A DNA stretch of 64,000 bases from Eledone cirrhosa (taxonomy: Eukaryota): NCBI GenBank assembly GCA_964016885.1, contig OZ024748.1, positions 51,956,001 to 52,020,000 on the forward strand, given 5' to 3'. Shown piece by piece: positions 1 through 11,946 of this stretch. Made by a program: the position numbers and the translations under genes. Each line of letters opens with the position of its first letter. Position 1 is the first letter of the stretch. The notes under the pieces are model-generated. The model saw only the letters and a list, made by a program, of their open reading frames with translations, ran no database searches and was not told the DNA's origin.

Positions 1-308
1 AGAGAGGGAGAGAGAGAGAGAGAGAAAGAGAGGAAGAGGAAGAGAGGAAGAGAAAGAGAGGAAGAGAAAGAGAGGAAGAGAAAGAGAGAAAGAGAGGAAG
101 AGAAAGAGAGAAAGAGAGAAAGAGAGAAAGAGAGAAAGAGAGAAAGAAAGAGAAAGAGAGAAAGAAAGAGAAAGAGAGAAAGAAAGAGAAAGAGAGAAAG
201 AGAAAGAGAGAAAGAGAGAAAGAGAGAAAGAGAGAAAGAGAGAAAGAGAGAAAGAGAAAGAGAGAGAAGAGAGAAAGAGAGAAAGAGAAACAGGGGAAGA
301 GAGAGAGA
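1..308. repeat. GA-rich simple/compound microsatellite
   Basis: (AGAGAA)n/(AG)n visible directly. Confidence 0.95.
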
Positions 309-920
309 GCGCAAGTGAAAACAAAAAAGGAATTATAGAGAGAAAGACATGAAAAAATAATTAGAGAGATGTGTGTGTTTGGTACCTTAAACTAAACAAC
401 AAATCACTTTTAATATGACACAAAAGGTAACACTTAAAATTAAATAAATGAAATTATTTTGGAAATGAATTAAATTTCAGTCATTGTAATATGGTTTTTA
501 TTGCCAACAGACTTCTGCTAATAGTTTGCCTCGCAAGTCTGTCTTTAATACTAATAATTGTTTTTGATTTAAGCACAAGGCCAGAAATATAGAGGGAGAA
601 AACAGTTGATTATATCAAGCGCAGTTCTTGACCAAGATTTTATTTGATGATGAGGAATTTTAGAAGTTGATTTAAGTAGTATTTGGACCCACTCACTGAC
701 CACACTACTAAAAATATGTAAACCTTCAGTTGTCTTTGTCATATTATCATCATGATCATCATGATCATCATCACAGTTTTACGTCCATTCTTCCATGCTA
801 GCATAGGTTAGATGAGTTGTCCTGCTGTGGGCAATGCTAGGTCAGGTAACCATACCTTCCTAATACAGAACTGATTTGGGCTTGGTTTCTACAGGTAGAT
901 GCCATTCATATAACAAAAGG

Positions 921-1140
921 GGTGGTGGATTAGCAGTATCAGTAAAGTGCTGGACACCATACTTTGTGGCATAGTGTTTCAGCCCTCTATGTCCCGAGTT
1001 CAAACCCTGATGAGGTTAGCTTTCCCTTTCATCCTTACGGGGTCAATAAAATAAAGTACCAGTAATGCACTGACGTTGATTTAATCAACTTTTCCCCTTG
1101 CCCGAATTTGTTGGCCTTGTGCCTGAATCAGAAACAATTA
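921..1140 (+). mobile_element. tRNA-derived SINE, family A
   Basis: Box-B-like GAGTTCAAAC, body CCTTTCATCCTTACGGGGTCAATAAAATAAAGTACCAG, tail GGCCTTGTGCC..AGAAACAATTA; many dispersed copies in this window. Confidence 0.85.
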
Positions 1141-1245
1141 TACATATAACAAGATAATTTACTGTTGTAGCAACAACATTGTTCTCTGACACCATTGAAG
1201 AGAACTCTGATTATACTTTGTTACATTGGTACAAAGTAACCTCTT

Positions 1246-1460
1246 TTAACCCTTTAATGTTCAAACCGGTCAAAACCGGCCAGAATTGTCTACCTTTTTC
1301 TGTTGAAACTGGCTGTAACTGATGTTAAGGTATTGTTCTCAAAATAAATACTTTCAAAATCTCATAGATTCGATACTATGTGAGATAATTATGTGAGGTA
1401 AAGCCTTTACCATGAAAATATAATAGTATATATAGAGGAATGTGAATGCTAAAGGGTTAA
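1246..1460. mobile_element. piggyBac-like MITE
   Basis: TTAA|CCCTTT...AAAGGG|TTAA termini; homologous copies at 1778-1994, ~19750-19881 and 51715-51928. Confidence 0.75.
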
Positions 1461-1777
1461 GGAAGAGTAGAATTGATAGAACACTATCTTAATATATTAC
1501 TGGTACTTGTTGTGAAGGTACATGGTTTAGTAGTTAGAGTATTGGATTCATAATTGTAAGGTTGTGAATTTGATTCCTGGACAGGGCCATGCATTATGTC
1601 CTTGAGCAAGACACTTTATTTCACAATGCTCTTTTTTCCAAGAGTTGCAGCTGGTAGATATTATGAGCAATGGAAATATTGTATCCTTAGTTCAATTTGA
1701 AGAGATGCACCTCACTCGGAAAGTGAATAAGTTCTGGAAACTTAATTGATTCAATTCCATGTTGACACTGAAACGAT

Positions 1778-1994
1778 TTAACTCTTTATCATTTACATTA
1801 CTCTATATTTTCATGGTTAAGGCTTTACCTCACATAATTATCTCACATAATATCGAATCTATGAGATTTGGATATTATTTATTTTGTGAATAATACCTTA
1901 ACGTGAGTATGAACAGCCGGTTACAACCAGTTTAAGCAGAAAAAAGTGAAATAATTCTGGCCAGATATGGCCAGTTTAAATGCTAAAGGGTTAA
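1778..1994. mobile_element. piggyBac-like MITE, inverted relative to the 1246 copy
   Basis: Reverse complement of the 1246-1460 body; ends AAAGGG|TTAA. Confidence 0.75.
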
Positions 1995-2043
1995 ACTAAT
2001 ACTAACATATGTTAATCAGTGAGAAATATAACTTATGGAAACA

Positions 2044-2620
2044 TGGAGTGTCTTAGTATAGCTGGTATTTGTGTGGGGACGTAGATATCAGCAACGAACA
2101 CTGTGGCTACCCCAATGTACACAGAGTATGGGTGAATGCTCTCTAGTGTGGAAAATTCCAAGTGCAAGCTGCCTTGTGTTTCCAGTGGACAGTCTAATGG
2201 AGAAAGTGTTATCACAGAGAATAGCAAAGGTGAGGTATTCAAAAAGCCATTCCAACTCATGGGCTCACTCCTACAGGTGGTCAACTCTGCCACATTATCA
2301 ACATATAAGGGACCAAGAATACCAGGTCTCCACCAACATAGGTTGTTTAATTAAGACAACACATTTCATCCAATGTCACTAAGACATGTGTAAAATGTTA
2401 GACTTTTCCTCGACCTTATGATCTTTTGAAGCTCTGTCCACCTTAGGTCCACCTTATTTTCACCCCTCCCTCTCCCATGTCGTGTCTGCTACAATTACAA
2501 TTAATTTCAATAAAATGCTGTCCCTCTTACCTTGGTGTGTTCATTTTGTTTACTGGTTAATCCAGCATTGTATCTATGGATCAGACATTTCTGTTAAATT
2601 GAGGAACATATTACACTCCA
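2044..2620 (+). mobile_element. solo LTR
   Basis: TGGAGTGT...ACACTCCA (TG...CA, 8-bp terminal inverted repeat), flanking 5-bp TSD AAACA at 2039-2043 and 2621-2625, AATAAA near 2509. Confidence 0.8.
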
Positions 2621-2678
2621 AAACAGGATTTGTTCCTCCAGTAAGTTTCCACAGTTTCTAACAGTTTAACTAATGTAT

Positions 2679-2910
2679 ACCCCTTTGTAAACCCTTCATA
2701 CATGCTATTTAACCTCTTTGTAAACCCTTTATAGAGGCTATTTAACACCTTTACAAACCCTTCATACATGCTATTTAACCTCTTTGTAAACCCTTTATAG
2801 AGGCTATTTAACACCTTTACAAACCCTTCATACCTGTTATTTAACCTCTTTGTAAACCCTTTATAGAGGCTATTTAACCCCTTTGTGAACTCTTCATACA
2901 TGCTATTTAC
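2679..2910. repeat. 33-bp minisatellite with alternating units (66-bp higher order)
   Basis: Units ...TTTGTAAACCCTTTATAGAGGCTATTTAAC and ...TTTACAAACCCTTCATACATGCTATTTAAC. Confidence 0.9.
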
Positions 2911-3118
2911 CAACACCAACCATCATTAGTTTCATCAGACCCCATTGTATATCTGGTATCTTATATTTTGTTATTTATTTAATTTATTTCACCCAACCCC
3001 ACCCCATTATTTCTAACAAAGGTGAATTGTTGCTGCTGTTGCTGCTGTTGCTCTAGTTAGCTCTATGATTAAAGGTTTTCCATCCCTGGCCATCTTGTCT
3101 TCTATTCAGACATGCACT

Positions 3119-3703
3119 ATCATCATCATCATCATTTTACGTCCGCTTTTCCCTGCTTGCAAGGGTGGGATGGGTCTTATTCAGCACAGCATCTCTCCAC
3201 TCGTCACGGTCCCTCGTCATCTCCACCGTGAGCTTCAATGAACTGAGGTCTGTTCTCACCACCTCCGCCCATGTTTTTCGTGGTCTACCTCTACCACGTC
3301 TCCCTTCAACTGGCAATTCCTGGCACTTCTTCACCCATCGGTCATCCTCCATGCGCATCACATGTCCATACCACCTCAGTCTCCTCTCCCGTACACTACA
3401 TTCTATCCCTCTCAGACACAGTTTCTCTCTCAACACATTTATGCTGGGTCGTTCACGCACATTTACACTGCACATCCAACGTAGCATGCTTGCCTCATTT
3501 CTCTCCAGCCGTTGCATATCCTCTGCAGTTGCTGCCCATGTCTCACTACCATGCAGCATCGCGCTCCTCACACAGGCATCATACAACTGGCCTTTCGTAC
3601 GCAGGGAGAAACCCTTCTTCGTCAACAGAGGAAGCAGCTCCCTAAACTTCTTCCAACCCGTCCTTATTCTAGATACTATGGCCTCGGAACACCCTCCTCC
3701 CTT
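3119..3703 (-). mobile_element. RTE-clade LINE 3' fragment (RT C-terminus + (ATG)n tail)
   Basis: KGQLYDACVRSAMLHGSETW...RRLRWYGHVMRM...RGRGRPRKTW...DRDEWR; stop directly followed by ATG repeats. Confidence 0.92.
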
Positions 3704-4434
3704 GCACTATCTCAGAATTATTCAATGTTACCTTAAACACCCACTTTTTTAAAAATAAGTATGGTCAAGCCTACTACTGGTACCATGTAACCTTGTATAA
3801 CCTACTTCATGGTTGAGGGGTCAGGGACTATACAGGCTCCCCCACCAAACTTGGTCTCATGAGGAGAGTAAGTTGAACACCAACAGCACAAAAAAACAAG
3901 AGCTGTTAAAAGCAGGAATTAACTTTTCAGAATCAACATCCATCTACCCCCACTTTGGGTTAAATAGCCTCACCGACCAGCAATTGGCCAAGTGTGGTGA
4001 GTATGGCTACAACCCTTGAAGACATGACCAAAACCAAACAGAAAGCAGTGGAGCTCAACCAGAGAGTGTTTCCTCCAACAGGTATGAGACAGCCCTGGAG
4101 GTGAATTGGATTGGATGTTGTAATTTGAGGGATATTTAACTACTATTTCTAGTATATCGATCATTTAGAGCTTTTTCTAGTTGAGTTTTTGCAGGAAAAG
4201 GAAGCATTTTAAGAACTTTCCAGAAATATTTCTAACAAAAATACAAAAATTAATAAAAACAAACAGATAAAAAGAAATAAACATATAAAAACAAATTGAA
4301 ATAAATGAAAAATGAATGTAAAACAAAGAAATTGTAAAAAAAACTAGGCAAGAATTAGTAATAATTAATAACGTTATGAATTTAGAGACATTTATGATAT
4401 AATTACTGCTTTTGGAATAATTAAATCACTATTA

Positions 4435-4735
4435 TTAGTGTTGTTTTTATTGCAATAGTGTTGGTGATGGTGTTGGTGGTCGTGGTGGTGGCTGTGGTGG
4501 TGTGGCATTGATGATGATGGTGGTAGTGGTGATGGTGTTGGTGGTGGTAGTTCGAATGGTGGTGGTGGTGGCAGCAGTGGTGATGGTTGTGGTGTGTACT
4601 GTTGATGATGGTTGGTGATGGTGTTGGTGGCAGCAGTGGTGATGGTAGTCTCTAGTGATGGTTTGTAATATCAATAGTGGTGGGGATAGTGATGATGGTG
4701 GAGGTAGAGTCAGTAGTAGTGGTGGTGGTGGTGTT
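4435..4735. repeat. (GGT/GAT)n low-complexity tract
   Basis: Direct reading. Confidence 0.85.
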
Positions 4736-4839
4736 CATTTTTCTCTTTTAATGAATTAATTTCAGAATTTTCCTTGATTGTCATCTCTGTAAAAATATTT
4801 GTTTATCTGCTAATTATGTGCATGTTAGTGTTTTAGAAG

Positions 4840-5456
4840 AGCAGAGGGTGAGAGGTGAGAGATGTAAGGGTGAGGACATGGGAGAGAGGGAGAGACAGGT
4901 AGCAAGGAAGAGAGACAGAGAGTGGAAGAGTGAGGGAAAGAGAAAGAAAGTAGAAGTGAAAAAGAGAGAGCAGAGGAGAGAGAGAAAGAAAGATAGAGTA
5001 AGAAAGAGAAAGGAATAACGCAGAAGAAACAGAGAGGATAAAAAAGGGGGAAGAAAGAGAGAGGATAAAAAGGGGGAAGAAAGAGAGAGGATAAAAAGGG
5101 GGAAGAAAGAGAGAGGATAAAAAGGGGGAAGAAAGAGAGGATAAAAAAGGGGGAAGAAAGAGAGAGGATGAAAGAGGGGGAAGAAAGAGAGAGGATAAAA
5201 GAGGGTGAAGTGTGATAGAATGGAAATAAAAGTGAGAGAAAAGAAAAAGAAAATGGGAAAATGAGAGTGAAATAAGGTAGGAAGAGACAGAGAGAGAAGT
5301 GGTAGAAAGTGTGGAGAGGGGACACAGAGAGAGAGGGGAGAGAGAGAGGAGAGGAGAGAGAGAGGAGAGAGAGGAGAGAGAGAGGAGAGAGAGAAGAGAG
5401 AGGAGAGAGAGGAGAGAGAGGAGAGAGAGGAGAGAGAGGAGAGAGAGGAGAGAGAG

Positions 5457-5488
<32 letters not shown>

Positions 5489-5950
5489 AGGAGAGAGAGG
5501 AGAGAGAGGAGAGAGAGGAGAGAGAGGAGAGAGAGGAGAGAGAGGAGAGAGAGAGGAGAGAGGAGAGAGAGGAGAGAGAGAGGAGAGAGAGAAGAGAGAG
5601 GAGAGAGAGAGAGGAGAGAGGCAGAGAGAGAGAGAGGAGAGAGGCAGAGAGAGAGAGGAGAGAGGCAGAGAGAGAGAGGAGAGAGGCAGAGAGAGAGAGG
5701 AGAGAGGCAGAGAGAGAGAGAGGCAGAGAGAGAGAGAGGCAGAGAGAGAGAGAGGCAGAGAGAGAGAGAGGAGAGAGGCAGAGAGAGAGAGGAGAGAGGC
5801 AGAGAGAGAGAGAGGATAGACAGAGAGAGAGAGAGGAGAGACAGAGAGAGAGAGAGGAGAGACAGAGAGAGAGAGAGAGAGGAGAGACAGGCAGGGAGAG
5901 AGGAGAGAGAGAGGACAGAGAGAGGACAGAGAGAGGAGAGACCGAGAGAG
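4840..5950. repeat. GA-rich compound satellite including ~29-bp units at 5030-5200
   Basis: Direct reading; explains the E/R-rich and L/S-rich ORFs. Confidence 0.95.
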
Positions 5951-7539
5951 TGTAGGGAAAGGCAGAAAGTTGTATTTATGTGTTGGAGAGAGTTAAAATA
6001 TGAAGGTGGGGGAGGGGGCGAAAGCAAGTGAAAGGGAGTGTGAAATTGAAAGGGAGAGAAGGTAAAGAGAGAAATAATACAGTCAGTGTGTATGAATATA
6101 TATATATATATATCTTTGGATTTAGTCTCAAATTTATTATTATTACTATATATATATATAAGTGTGGGAGAGAGGGGGAGAGAGAGAAAAATAGATAGAT
6201 AGATAGAGAGAGAGGGATTGTGAAAGAGAAACAAGTTTAGAGAATTTAGAAAATTAATAAAAAATGTGTTTTGGTGAGAAATGTAGAAAATAAAAGAAAG
6301 TTAAACCAATTAGTTAAGAATTTGAGATTTATTTTATTGCTAACAGGTGAGATAAAGAATATAATGGAAGGGGAGAGGGGAGAGGGGAAGTGGGAGGGGA
6401 GAGGGGATGAGGGGGGTGAAACAGAGAGGGGTGGGTGGAGGGTGGGAGAGAGAAGAGAGAGAGAGGTAGAGAGAGGTGGTGGGTGGTGAATGGGGGGGGG
6501 GGGGGGGGGAGAATGGTGGAGGGGGTGGCAGAGAGAATGGTAGCGGAAAAGAGAGGTGGAGGGTGGAAAAGAGACGGGTGGTGGGAGAGAGGGATGGAGG
6601 GTGCAACAGAGAGATGAGGGGTGGTGGGAGAGAGGGGTGGTGGGAGTGATGGGTGGTGGGAGAGAGGGGTGGAGGGTGCAACAGAGAGGTGAGAGGTGGT
6701 GAAGAGTGGCTGGTATAGGAGAGTGGTAGCTGGGTATGTGGGTGGAAAAGAGAGGTGGAGAGTGGAAGAGAGAGGATGGCTAGGTAGGTGGAAGGAGTTT
6801 GGAGAGAGAGCGGTGGAGGGAGATGGCTGGGTGGGTGGAAGGGAGAGGTGGCTGGGTGGGTGGAAATGTAGGTGAAGGGTGATAGAGAGAGGCAGATGTA
6901 GAACAGGGGAAGAGAGGGGAAAACAGAGAGATGAAGAAAGAGTGGAATTCTTTTGAGGTCGATAAAAAAGTACTAGTCTTGTATTGGGTTGATATTTGCT
7001 ACATATATATCACTTTCTCTCTCTCTAGATAAAATCTCCTCAGTTCGGACATGGAATGGGGTGGCCTCTGCCAGGTTTAAAATGCCCAAGAAACGATGTA
7101 TCCCACTACATCACCCCTATGGTCAGTATGTAGTTATGGAACAATATGCAAAAAAAGATGTATATGGGTTACCTTAAAAAAAGCCTAACCCTTATATCAT
7201 CCTGCCTAATAAAGTCAAAATTCACGAAGCCCCTAACTGCTGCAACCACCTTGTTGGATTAATGTACTTATTGATTCCCACCCCCACCTACAACTTGTTA
7301 GTTCAACCAGACATGAAATGGAAAAAGTATCAAACAGACAGAGAGAAAGAGAGAGAAAAGAAGAGGGAAAGAGACAATAGTAAATTGCCTGCATGTACAG
7401 AGTTTGTTTCCTCAAAGCACCATATAGCAGGCCCGCTTTGGTCACAAATGACCATGGTTTTTGCACCTGCAAAGTTCTCCTCCAAAGACACAAACCAAGG
7501 CAAGGTATGTTTGTGGAAAACCAGCAGTCTCCCATACAT

Positions 7540-7725
7540 GCCAGTCTTCTCTCCCCCATGCCACCTATGTTGTTCAAGAAAAAGGCAATTGCAGATACAA
7601 CTTGGCACCAGTGATGTCACAAAGTGTTTTGCTCAAGAACATAACACATCACCTGATCTGGGATTTGAACTCACACGCCTACGATTGTGTGTCCAATGCT
7701 CTAACCCCTAAACCATATGCCTTGA
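7540..7725 (-). mobile_element. degenerate family B SINE head
   Basis: Similar to reverse complement of 11947-12060 (GCTCAAG.ACA..ACATCACC, TTGAACTCAC, CCAATGCTCTAACC). Confidence 0.65.
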
Positions 7726-7741
7726 CATGGCACCATATGTG

Positions 7742-7810
<69 letters not shown>

Positions 7811-7813
<3 letters not shown>

Positions 7814-8254
7814 GGGAGGGTCATATTGTTATAATATTGCCAGAAATAATAACAGAACACACTCACTGTTTGGTTGGTTTTTGCTTCTGTATCTTTTATA
7901 TCTCCATAGTTAATTTATTTAAAAATAAAAATGGTGTAGATATTACAGTACAATACAATAGGGGGAAACATAATAGTACCACTGATGATGTTGCAGATGT
8001 GCAACGAAAGAACTTTGATAGACTATATAAATATATTTATATCTGTATTTTTAACCGCTGATCAATCAATGATAAACATTGATTGCCAAATAAATTAGCT
8101 ATGGAGATATAAAAGATACAGAAGCGAAAACCAACCAAACAATGAGTGTGTTCCGTAATTATTTCTGGCAATATTACAACAATATGACCCTCCCCAAGTA
8201 TAACACTATTTGTATTGAAACACGATTTCGTATCAAAAGCCTTGCAAAACAAAT

Positions 8255-8260
<6 letters not shown>
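7811..8260 (+). mobile_element. Penelope-like/retrozyme terminal cassette, family P2 (inverted arms, hammerhead, ORF start MTLPKYN)
   Basis: 7811-7920 is the reverse complement of ~8088-8197; hammerhead between the arms; flanked by (TA)n. Confidence 0.7.
7973..8026 (+). ncRNA. type I hammerhead ribozyme (family P2)
   Basis: CTGATGA-T-GTTGCA(GATG)TGCAAC-GAAA-GAAC-TT; imperfect stem I ATAGTACCA/TGATAGACTAT. Confidence 0.75.
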
Positions 8261-8291
<31 letters not shown>

Positions 8292-8339
8292 GTGAAACAC
8301 TGGAAGGTAATATCCGTAGTGGTAGAGCACTCAGTCCAT

Positions 8340-8497
8340 GGGACGAGTTTGGTAGAAGTGGTTACACAACAGTTAGTTCACCATACCGAGAACAATTGTT
8401 TCACCTTAGCCCATTCCGAGCTGAGGATCCGCTAAGGTGAAACAATTGTTCTCAGTATGGTGAACTGTTGTGTAACCACTTCTACCAAACTCGTCCC
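8340..8497. repeat. ~67-bp inverted repeat hairpin carrying a hammerhead (family P3)
   Basis: 8340-8410 versus 8431-8497 reverse complement. Confidence 0.9.
8411..8460 (+). ncRNA. type I hammerhead ribozyme (family P3), weak stem II
   Basis: CCATTCCGAG-CTGAGGA-TCCGCTAAGGT-GAAA-CAATTG-TT-CTCAGTATGG; palindromic stem III ACAATTGT. Confidence 0.65.
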
Positions 8498-8543
8498 CTG
8501 AGTGCGATATTAACAAATGGAAACTATATTTATAAAACCAGAT

Positions 8544-8610
8544 TTATTTTATTATACATATTTCAAGGACACCACGTTAAATTATGGTGTGCTTTCATCA
8601 GACAAAATAC
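8544..8610 (-). ncRNA. type I hammerhead ribozyme (family P1)
   Basis: Minus strand: TATTTTGT-CTGATGA-AAGCACACCA..TGGTGTCCTT-GAAA-TATGTA-TA-ATAAAATA; part of an element at ~8505-8770. Confidence 0.8.
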
Positions 8611-8766
8611 AATATAGATCAGTTTTATAAATAAATATTGACATACCCTTAAAAAATGCAACCATTACTGTTGGAAGCTCCGATTTACTCCAAATACTTG
8701 TTGAGTGCTTTATATCAGTTATAAAAATATTTGCTTGTTGTATCCCAACAATTTAAATAGAACTTT

Positions 8767-8805
<39 letters not shown>

Positions 8806-8809
<4 letters not shown>

Positions 8810-9003
8810 GAACATCAGACAACATGCTTTGCAGCATATATTTATGGCCCTTTATGAACTGGGTTCAAATCTTTCCAAGATTACCTGTCTTTCACCTTTA
8901 CACGGTTGATAAAATAAATACCAGTAATGCACTGGGATCGATTTAATCAACTTTCCTATTTCGCCAAAATTGTTGGCCTTGTGCTTAAATCAGAAACCAT
9001 TAT
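8806..9003 (+). mobile_element. SINE family A
   Basis: Homologous to 921-1140. Confidence 0.8.
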
Positions 9004-9009
9004 TTCTTT

Positions 9010-9455
9010 CCCATGGAGTATGATGCAGAAGCCAGAACAGCCTGGAAAGCATTACAGTAGACAAAAGTAAAAACAAATAGAAATGAATGTATTGAGACTG
9101 ATAGCTCAAAGTTATATTAATGGAACCTAAAAATAAAAACTGCCATCACATTAAAACACAACTGACCTGGTTTGTTGTTTGGTACCAAAGATTAAAAACA
9201 TGGTATGTAGTAGAGGCCAGCAGCTCTCTTGATGTGAATGTAGAAAATAAAATAAAAGAGAAGGAAGATATCTTTGAACCATTGATGAGGAATTTGCAGA
9301 TTCAATTCCAAAAATATACTTCAGTTTCATATACATTATTAATGAAGCTACAGGATATAAACCAACCAGCCTGGAAGAAGTTATGACTGAACTTGGATTC
9401 TTGCAGAAAGAGAAAGAACAGAGCTCTTTAATTCATAAACTATTAAATGGCTGAA
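9010..9455 (+). pseudogene. fossil restriction-like endonuclease (RLE) domain of an R2-superfamily (R4/Dong/NeSL-like) non-LTR retrotransposon
   Basis: Across frameshifts: LY*WNLKIKTAITLKHN*P / VVWYQRLKTWYVVEASSSLDVNVENKIKEKEDIFEPLMRNLQ / FSFIYIINEATGYKPTSLEEVMTELGF, matching the RLE pattern HNRPD..W..(Y)xxE..D..KxxEK..Y..L..PIIxGAxG. Confidence 0.7.
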
Positions 9456-9565
9456 CGATTGTATGAGGGAGGATGGAATTTTCTTTTACATTACTAGTTT
9501 GCCACTGGAAAGGGGGTGGATCAAAATAAACTCAAAATTAAAATAAAAGATATATATATATATAT

Positions 9566-9620
9566 ATAGTCTTTCAAAGTTCTTTTCTCACACACTTGTG
9601 ACATCATCAGTGATACTGTT
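9566..9620 (-). ncRNA. type I hammerhead ribozyme (family P2), inverted partner
   Basis: Minus strand: AGTATCA-CTGATGA-TGTCACA(AGTG)TGTGA-GAAAA-GAAC-TT-TGAAAGACT. Confidence 0.65.
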
Positions 9621-9664
9621 ATGTTTCCTCCCATTGTATTACGGCAATACAACAGCAAGAAACA

Positions 9665-9718
9665 TAATAGTATCACTAATGATGTCACAGGTGTGTGATG
9701 AAAGAACTGAGAGACTAT
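9665..9718 (+). ncRNA. degenerate hammerhead (family P2; CTAATGA core)
   Basis: TAGTATCA-CTAATGA-TGTCACA(GGTG)TGTGAT-GAAA-GAAC; followed by the P2 body and MTLPKYN start at ~9922. Confidence 0.55.
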
Positions 9719-9948
9719 ATATATATATATATATTTATAAAACAAACTTTATATATATAAGTATTCATATCTATATTTTTAACTGTCGGTTAATCAATGA
9801 TAAACATTTATTGCCTGCTAAATTAATTAAAGGGATATAAAATATATTAAAGCGAAAACCAACTCAAATCAAACAGTGAGTGTGTTTTTTTTTTATATAT
9901 TTCTGGCAATATTATAACAATATGACCCTCCCCAAATATAACAATATT

Positions 9949-10070
9949 TTAGGTAGTAATATTAGTAACATGTGCTTACGCCGCATTTGGCTAAATTGTT
10001 TTCTTTAAATCCCAACTAACAGACTAATTCTATTTAGTCAAATATGGCATAAGCATATGTTACTACCTAA
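9949..10070. mobile_element. small hairpin/MITE-like insertion in the P2 ORF start
   Basis: TAGTAACATGTGCTTACGCCGCATTTGGCTAAAT versus ATTTAGTCAAATATGGCATAAGCATATGTTACTA. Confidence 0.6.
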
Positions 10071-10543
10071 TTTCCAAATTCACTAGCCATTTCTAAACAA
10101 AGCCTGTTTGTGTCTCCCTATTTCTATACATATAACAACATGTTTCAACACACGATTTCATATAAAGAAAACCTTGCAAAACAAATTCATCACCATCATA
10201 AAACAAAACCCATACACACCTATATTTATACACGACAGATTGAAAACAATTTTCAACTGGTAAATTCCATACAAAAGTTATTGGTTAACCCTAGGCTACA
10301 ATAGAAACAACTTTCCTAAGGTGCTACACAGAGGAACCAAACCTGAAACCATGTGGCCCTAAAGTGAACCACATAACTATATAGCAGAAACCGTGCATTT
10401 ATTTTACACACAGACATTATATGTACACACACACACATGTGTATGAATGCCTGTGTGTGAGTGCGTATTTGTATGTATTTATACATCCATATGTATATGT
10501 GTGTGTATAATATGTATATATTTTTATGTCCGTTTTTCCACAA

Positions 10544-10600
<57 letters not shown>

Positions 10601-11468
10601 TATATATATTCTTTTACTCATTTCAGTAATGGACTGCAGTTTTACCCTCAAACGCTGGAGAGAGTAAAGCAATGAGACAAAGTGTGTGTATGTGTGTATA
10701 TGTATACAAGAAAGAATGTGTGAGTGTGTGTATGTGTATATATGTATACAAGAACGAATGTGTGAGTGTGTGTATGTGCTTTCATTTTATATGATTGTAT
10801 ATATCCATGTATAAACATGTATATATATATGTATAAACATGTATATATATACATACATGTATAAACATATATATATATATATATATAATTACATTTGTGT
10901 GCATGTGTGTATGTTTGCGTGAGTGTGTGTGTGTATAATCATTTAAATAGGTATAGAAGATGCATATTCAGATTCCCATGAGAGTAATTTTAAATATTGC
11001 CCTCAAAGGTTAATGAGGTCACACACCTTAACAACAACTTGCACTACCACCACCACCACTACTACTACATCACCACCAACACCCCTACCAAACAACACCA
11101 CCCTCACCATACCACTACAACCATGAAATCAAACATCCTAACAAGTATCACAACCACCACAACTACTACTTTAACCAAAAAAAGATAACAACAACAACAA
11201 CAACAAATGAAAAATACTTCCAATGTAGAGTGAAAGTTTTAAATCATTGATCTCGGACAAGAAGAAATTGATTGGATTATCAAGAAAGGTTAGATGGAGA
11301 ACTGAAAATCTTGCCTAAGGCTTTATCAAGAATGGAAAGTAGCAATACGCAAGGGGCATAACCTAGATTACACTGCTTCTTTACTATGTGGTCTTATTTC
11401 TTTTTAGGCATAGAGTGGATGTATAGATTATATGTCTTTTATGTAAATAGGTGTGTGTGTCTGCATAA

Positions 11469-11511
<43 letters not shown>

Positions 11512-11687
11512 AATTTTGGAGGATGTGTCTGTGTGTGATATTTATTCATCCATTGTAAGAATAAATACAGGTTAAAAGTTAATAGTGTGGTACATGGTGA
11601 GGTTATGATTATTGTCGATCGAGTTAATTTTATTTACTTTTACATTCCTGCTTCATTATATGTATATATGTGTGTGCGTGTATGCGC

Positions 11688-11718
<31 letters not shown>

Positions 11719-11946
11719 CGTGTATGTGCGCGTGTGTGTGCGTGTATGTGCGCGTGTGTACATTAGTTATGTGTGTAACAACAGTTATAGGTGGTGCACC
11801 ATTTGAAGCACTTGATCCTGTTACGAGGTCCATTTCATTTGGGTTGTATTTCCAGTGTTCCAGCCGTAGTGTGCAAAGTGTAAATAGATTTAAATCTCTC
11901 TCTCTCTCTCTTTATATATATATATATAAATATATATATATATAAA

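Noticed and set aside
4825-6234. L/S-rich and E/R-rich ORFs (also 55441-57588)
   Set aside because: GA satellites
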